NCBI GenBank assembly: GCA_002104905.1
Contig: MCFE01000032.1
Span: 62,001-126,000, forward strand
Length of the DNA stretch: 64,000 nucleotides
Source of the DNA: Basidiobolus meristosporus CBS 931.73
Taxonomy: Eukaryota > Fungi > Basidiobolomycota
Direction: 5' to 3'
Below the pieces are notes generated by a model that saw only the letters and a list, made by a program, of their open reading frames with translations, was not told the DNA's origin and searched no databases. Positions 57,974 to 64,000 of the stretch are shown in pieces (position 1 is the stretch's first letter; each line of letters begins with the position of its first letter). Both the position numbers and the translations under genes were made by a program.

Positions 57974-58912
57974 TTACGTCTTCGGATCGGTCTCGGGAAC
58001 GTGGATGTGGAAATTGAACATCGTGTCATTTTCGTCGTCATCAATTGGGTTCATGATGTTAGAAAGGGCGGCATCCGACTCGAAAAAATGGGAGCTTGAG
58101 TTCGTCAGCATTTCATGAATACCCATCAGCGATTGCGCCGTGATGGTCATGGGTGGCGAAGTATCTTGTTGTGAGGATACTGGTGGCGATGAGGTTTCGG
58201 GTTCAACCGTGGCTGGTGGTGAGAGGGAGCGCGAGTGCGTATCGTTGTGAGGATTGCTGGTCGTTTTTTGGCCCTCCACCTCTTTGCCCTTCATTTTTTT
58301 CCGACTTGGGCCAGATACAACAGCTTGAGCTTTGCTGCCCTCCGAGCGAGCTTTAGAGATAGGTAACTCACCTGTTTGTGCATACTCACGTACCAAACGA
58401 GCCACGGTGTTTTTACTCATTCCCAGATAGAAAGCCGTACGACGGACCGAATCCGCCTTAATGACGGACTTGTGTGTCAGTCGTTCCTCTTCACATTTGA
58501 AATAGCAATGGATTACGAGTTGGATTTCTTCTGGGGTCAGTTTTTTACCCGAAGAACGCTTTGGGAGGCTGTGGCTGATCTCGGTCTGGGAACAATTGGT
58601 GGTAGTGTGTCCAGCCTCCCCGCATTGATAACAGGTTCGACGTTTCGGTTTGGCTTTGGTCGCTTCGAGATTGGTAGCGTTGATGAGGTTGTTGATGTTG
58701 CTGCTGCTTCCCGTTTGTGAGGGTCTATCTGTATATGGGGTGGAGTGGATGTGATTTTGCTGATGGTTGAATTCGGTGTTGCTGGGAATGGTTGAAGTTG
58801 GATTGGCGCGTGTCGCTTCTACGCGTGTCTCTTGATCGAACGAGGATTTCGAGCTGGACGTGCTTGCATGCCCTTGCGCTACGAAAGAATGATTTCCAGG
58901 ATGAGAATCCAT
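57974..58912 (-). CDS. Zinc-knuckle plus HTH-like protein with disordered termini
   Basis: CYQCGEAGHTTTNC; RRTAFYLGMSKNTVARLVREY; intronless 312-aa open frame. Confidence 0.75.
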   Translation of the reverse strand: MDSHPGNHSFVAQGHASTSSSKSSFDQETRVEATRANPTSTIPSNTEFNHQQNHIHSTPYTDRPSQTGSSSNINNLINATNLEATKAKPKRRTCYQCGEAGHTTTNCSQTEISHSLPKRSSGKKLTPEEIQLVIHCYFKCEEERLTHKSVIKADSVRRTAFYLGMSKNTVARLVREYAQTGELPISKARSEGSKAQAVVSGPSRKKMKGKEVEGQKTTSNPHNDTHSRSLSPPATVEPETSSPPVSSQQDTSPPMTITAQSLMGIHEMLTNSSSHFFESDAALSNIMNPIDDDENDTMFNFHIHVPETDPKT

Positions 58913-59411
58913 TCTAGTAGAGGATGGGACATTTATTGAGAACTAAGAGAAAGGAGCAAGAGGGGCATACAAATACACTAGTCATTAAAGGTCGCTGGCC
59001 TTACATAATTAGCAAGTTGGTGCCAAATAGGAACACTTATTTGCAATGAAACATCGAATATTTATTAAAGTTATATCGATTTCAGTCGGGGAGTAAAATT
59101 TAATCTACTGGTTCGTGTGGCTTGACTAAACAGGACATAGCTGCGGTGGATATTTAGAGACTTTCTCAAACCACCACTTCACCATAGCTGTGTGCCTTGG
59201 TGCAACCGGACGAGTTACCCAATTGCTGCAGACTCCATGTATGAAACACCACTATTTGGGCCCATTGACTTTAATTGCGATGTCAACGCCTTCCAAATAC
59301 TGCCCGCTGTCCGATCGCTTTTTTGTGTCAATCGTGGTGCAAACGCGCTGAACAACTTGGATGAAACATGCTCGTGACTCGCACTGTCAGGTTTGCAATC
59401 CAGGATTTTCA

Positions 59412-59506
59412 ACTCAATGGATCATTTGGAAATCTACTTGCTATATCGACTCAATCGAGCATTTGGAAATCCACTTGCTATATCGACTCGATGGATCATT
59501 TGAAAT
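59412..59506. repeat. 37-bp tandem repeat, ~2.6 copies
   Basis: ACTCAATGGATCATTTGGAAATCTACTTGCTATATCG units starting at 59412, 59449 and 59486. Confidence 0.8.
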
Positions 59507-59860
59507 GCTTTCTGCTAGTAGATTGGCCCTACTTCAAATACAAAGGTTACCAAGATTGCTGAGCCTTGATCAGTGGCTATTACGTATGTTCATTCAGCTC
59601 TCACCCTCACCCCCACCCTCACCCTCACCCTCGCCCAGCTGCATCGGAAAATATCCCGTCGAATAACCTTGCATTGGCTTCTCATTACTGAAGAGGACTA
59701 GTCCGAATTCTACGCCATCACATGCATCTTAAAATATCCGATGCGCCCAGTCTGGGGTAACAGCATTGCAGCAGAGGATAATTAATCAAAGTGATGGCAC
59801 TACAAAAGTCGGTCAAAGCCCAAAGAAGAATCAGTATCGTAGACACTAACACAATCCAAT

Positions 59861-60223
59861 ATGCGCTTCACCGTTGCTTTCCTTGCCACCTTTCTCTCCA
59901 TGGCTGCCTTGAACGTTCAGGCGGATATTTCCATTACCAGTCCAGTTGAAGGAACAAGATGGTACATCAATTCATTGGCAACTGTCAACTGGAGAATCAT
60001 CAGCGAGGAGCCTGAAGATGCGTCCGCCATGATCGAGCTTCGTAGGGGGAATCCAAATTCTCTTCAGACTGTGGAGGTTCTAACGGATGGCGTCCAGGTC
60101 GATGACAAGTCATTCTCCTGGAAGGTTCCAGCCAAGACGCAACCAGGAAAGGACTATGCTATACTTGTCAAGATTAATGGCAAGGATTTCTATTCCCACA
60201 TGTTTGAGATTGCCAACAAATAG
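59861..60223 (+). CDS. Small secreted protein, Kre9/Knh1-N (Ser-Thr-rich GPI-anchored family) Ig-like domain
   Basis: Signal peptide; ITSP..G..W, I.L..G, SFSWKVP, YSHMFEI pattern. Confidence 0.75.
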   Translation: MRFTVAFLATFLSMAALNVQADISITSPVEGTRWYINSLATVNWRIISEEPEDASAMIELRRGNPNSLQTVEVLTDGVQVDDKSFSWKVPAKTQPGKDYAILVKINGKDFYSHMFEIANK

Positions 60224-60597
60224 AGAACTTCCAATATAGCTAGCTCACTACACGAATACCCCAATGAATAAACCTGATTCTCTTTCACTAAATCCTCGGC
60301 CTGATTCTGACCATGACCGTGACCCTGACCGTGACCCTGATTATATTATTATATTTATACTACGGGCAGAGACGTCACAAAAATCCCTTCATGCTGACTC
60401 GGGTCCGGTTTGTTTTGATATTTTGCTTGTTTTTAATATGGCCTTGGGATGTTTTTTATTTATCCAATCAGTGGTAAAGTTATGGTATTTTGTGCTATAA
60501 ACACGTTGTTTGTTTATTTTATCTTACAACCTCACCTTTCTGTTCCAACCATTCTAGCTTTGCCCTCCAATACCATTGACCCCCATCAAGGTAAACC

Positions 60598-63500
60598 ATG
60601 AGAATAGAAGAACTTATTATAGAGGGCTTCAAATCGTATGCCGCTCGTACCCACATCACCGGCTGGGATTTCGAGTTCAACGCCATCACTGGTCTGAACG
60701 GGTCCGGTAAATCGAACATATTAGACGCCATTTGTTTTGTCCTGGGTATCACGAACCTTACGCATGTAAGTGTTTCCTAGTAGTGTGTTCGTATACACGG
60801 GCAGTCTGGTCTAAACAGGTGTTTTCTTCTTAGGTAAGAGCTAGCAACCTACAGGATTTAATTTACAAGAGAGGCCAAGCTGGTATTACTAAGGCCTCTG
60901 TCACCATTGTTTTCAACAACGAAGACCGCGAGGGGAGCCCCATCGGATACGAACAATACAAACAAATTACCGTCACTCGTCAGGTAAGCCGGAGAGGTTG
61001 TGGGCAAAGCACTAGGGTTCTTCTGACACGGTTCAACTCAGGTACTTATTGGCGGTAAAACCAAGTACATTGTGAATGGACACACAGCACAGCAGCAGGT
61101 GGTTGCCAATTTGTTCCAGTCCGTACAACTCAACGTAAACAACCCACACTTCTTGATCATGCAAGGAAAGATCACCAAGGTGCTCAACATGAAGCCACCG
61201 GAGATTCTTGCCATGATCGAGGAGGCAGCCGGTACCAGAATGTTCGAAGAGCGTAAAGACAAAGCCTTTAAGACGATGGCCAAGAAGGAGACCAAGGTCG
61301 TGGAGATCACCTCGGTTAGTATTCGTCTTCTGTTGCACCAGTGCCCATGACCGGCGTATTGATAAGCCCAACTCCCCGGTAGATCTTGAATGAAGAGATT
61401 GGTCCTAAGCTCCAGAGGCTGAGAGAGGAGAAAAGAGCGTTCCTGGAATTCCAAAAGGTCGAGATTGAGATCGATCGCTTGCGCAGATTGGTCGTCGCAT
61501 ATGATTACATGAAAAACGAGGAGCAAGTCAACCGTAACGCTCAGGGCTTGGATTCAAAGCAAGAGCGCCTTGAGGATCTGGAGAAATCGATCAGCCAGCT
61601 GAAGCGTGAGATCAAAAACATCGATGTGGACCTCCAAAGACACAGCAAGAAGAAGCAAAGAGTACGTGTCACATCACAATGAATCGCTCAGGAATCCAAG
61701 CTAACCTACAATGCGGAACTTTAGGAAATGTCGAACGGTGGCAAGTTCCAGGAACTGGAAGAAGCAGTCAAGGAGTACTCGAAGCAACTCGTGAAGACCA
61801 AGACCGTAAGCGACCTAAAGGCCAAATCGGTCGCGGAGGAGACCAAGAAAAAGGATGAGCTGCTCAAGAATTTGGCCGAACTCGAGCAGTCGTTGAAGGA
61901 AAAGCAAGAGGAGCACGAGAAGAAATACACCGAATTCGAAGAGGTGAAAAACCAGAACGACCGCAAAACCAACGAGGTCAAGAAATCCGAGGAGCTGATC
62001 CAGACCCTTTCCACCGGTGTTGCCGCCCAAGAGGGTCACGAGAACGGATACATGGAGCAATTGCAGGAAGCCAAAAACATTGCCTCCCAATCGTCAACCG
62101 AGGAAGAGCAAACCAAGCTACGCATTTCGCACATGAAAAAGGAGCTCAAGGAACTCCAGCCCAAGACCGCCAAAGCCAAAAAAGAGAACAGCACCGCTAT
62201 CAAGGAGTTGGAAGCGGCCCAGCAACAAATCAAGAAGCTGGAGAGCCAAATCCAAAAACTGAATTGGGATCCAGACACCCAGGCGAAACTATTGAAGGAG
62301 AAGTCGGAGTTGAAGTCCAAGATTGATTCCCTTGAAGATGAGGTGGAAACCATGTCTTCCAAGCTCTCTGGTCTCGAGTTTCAGTATGCAGATCCCACAC
62401 CCAACTTCGATCGCTCCCAAGTGAAGGGTCTGGTTGCCGAGTTGATCAATGTAGAGGATGAGCAAAAGATCGCCTCGACTGCTTTAGAGATTTGTGCTGG
62501 TGGGCGACTCTATAACGTGGGTACACTAGGATTTCGCTATGCTCACGATCGTTTACTTACCTAGATTCTATCCTTGTAGGTTGTTGTCGACACTGAGGTT
62601 GTCGGTAAGCAATTGCTTCAAAAGGGAAAGCTTCGTCGTCGTGTGACCATCATCCCATTGAACAAGATTGCTGCGTTCAAAGCGTCTGCTGAAAAGATCG
62701 CCACCGCTCAGAAGCTTGCACCTGGTAAGGTGGACCTTGCTTTGAACCTCATCGGTTACGACGACGAGGTCACCGCAGCTATGCAGTTCGTTTTCGGCAA
62801 CACGCTCATCTGTAGAGGTAAGTTGCTGCGGGATTCTTGCATTACCAACCATCGGCTAAGTTTATGCACCACTAGATGCCAAGTCTGCTGAGAAGGTCAC
62901 ATTTGACAAGAATGTGCGGATGAAGTCAGTTACCTATGATGGCGATGTCTATGACCCATCGGGCACTTTGCAGGGTGGCTCCAAGCCCTCGTCAGGCGGT
63001 ATCCTGATGAAAATGAACGCATTGAAAGAGGCCAAAATGGAATTGGCTAGTCTTCATGCTAAGCTTGATTCGGTGAACAAGAAGCTACAAGCGCTGCAGC
63101 AAGAAGGAGCGAAGTATAAGGAAGCCAAGCAGCAGTTGGACCTTAAGATCCACGCCGCCACTCTTCTCGAAGAGCAGCTAAGCAAAAGCTCGCACGCTCA
63201 AGTCCTCAAACGCGCCCAGGATTTGGAGAATGAGGTCCAGGATCTCGAGAAGGCGATCACTCAATGCCGTGAAAAGCGCAGCGATGCGCTGAAACGCGTA
63301 AAAGAGCTTGAGGTGGAAATGGAGGAATTCAAAGAAAACAAAGATTCGAAACTGGAAGACATGAGAAAGAAGCTGTCCAACGCGAAGAAGACCCTCTCCA
63401 AATCCACCCAGGTGGTTAAGAACATGCAGCGCGAGGTCCAAACCATGCAACTAGAAATCGAGCAAACCGAGGCTGAGATCAGCAGCTGCAGACAACAGAT

Positions 63501-64000
63501 TTCGGATGCCGATCAATCGATCGAGGAATACAGCGAGCAGGAGAAAACACTGAAGGAGGAGCTCATTGACATCAAGAATGCCCTTGACAACGCTCAGGAC
63601 AAGTTGGATCGCGAGATGGAAACCATGAAAAACTATGACAGTGAGATTCGTGAACTCGAGGCGCTATCGAAGAGTAAGGCCGCCGAAATGGCCGATTCTC
63701 AGCTTGAGCTTCAGAAGCTTTCCCACGAGCTCGAGAGGTACGATAAAGAACGCGAGACTGCGGCGAGAGTGATCGCGGAGCTTGAGAAGGCCCATGAATG
63801 GATCGTCGATCAAAAGCAATTCTTTGGCAAAGAGAACACTCCATACGATTTCGAGCAGCACGATGTCAAGGATGCCCAAAAGAAGCTGAAGAAGCTCGAG
63901 CTTGAGCACGACAAGCTACGTAAAAAGATCAACATGAAGGTCATGAACACCATGGATAGCGTAGAAAAGAAAGAGGCTGCTTTGAAGCATATGCTTCACA
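60598..64000 (+). CDS. SMC2: Condensin subunit SMC2, multi-exon, runs off the window end
   Basis: [14 protein letters not shown], Walker [43 protein letters not shown], hinge [22 protein letters not shown], long coiled coils. Confidence 0.96.

Noticed and set aside
59600-59640. (CCCTCA)n as an interstitial telomere
   Set aside because: Short and imperfect, with a different unit from CCCTAA; more likely a microsatellite.
61033-63909. Minus-strand ORFs over SMC2
   Set aside because: Antisense shadows of coiled-coil coding sequence.

Overview
Eukaryotic, fungal DNA. Short GT-AG introns and a Wsc1-type sensor suggest this, and an early-diverging lineage is only my inference. The window has two halves. 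Bases 1 to ~38.3 kb are a CpG-depleted nest of transposons: two decayed CACTA/EnSpm copies, four copies of one PIF/Harbinger-superfamily (PHIS) family (TIR AGACTTGTTCC, always at ATT, one nested inside another), two related solo LTRs, a Ty1/copia relic, a young chromodomain Ty3/gypsy element with 697-bp LTRs and an apparent self-priming site, and a co-oriented chain of LINE-type RT and ORF1-like units. The chain units share a 3' AATAAA-hairpin motif, usually followed by CCCTAACCC. From ~38.5 kb to the end is ordinary CpG-rich gene territory: PTR2, a 7TM protein, a PPxY membrane protein, RPS18, an aquaglyceroporin, two small secreted proteins, a WSC sensor, an EamA transporter, MRI1, a CX9C protein, a zinc-knuckle/HTH protein and the 5' part of SMC2. 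The best candidate for an undescribed system is the chain at 33.2-37.7 kb. Its RT has no visible endonuclease and no CpG in a 2-kb open frame, and its polarity and junctions resemble telomere-attaching retroelements. All alignments and counts were done by eye.
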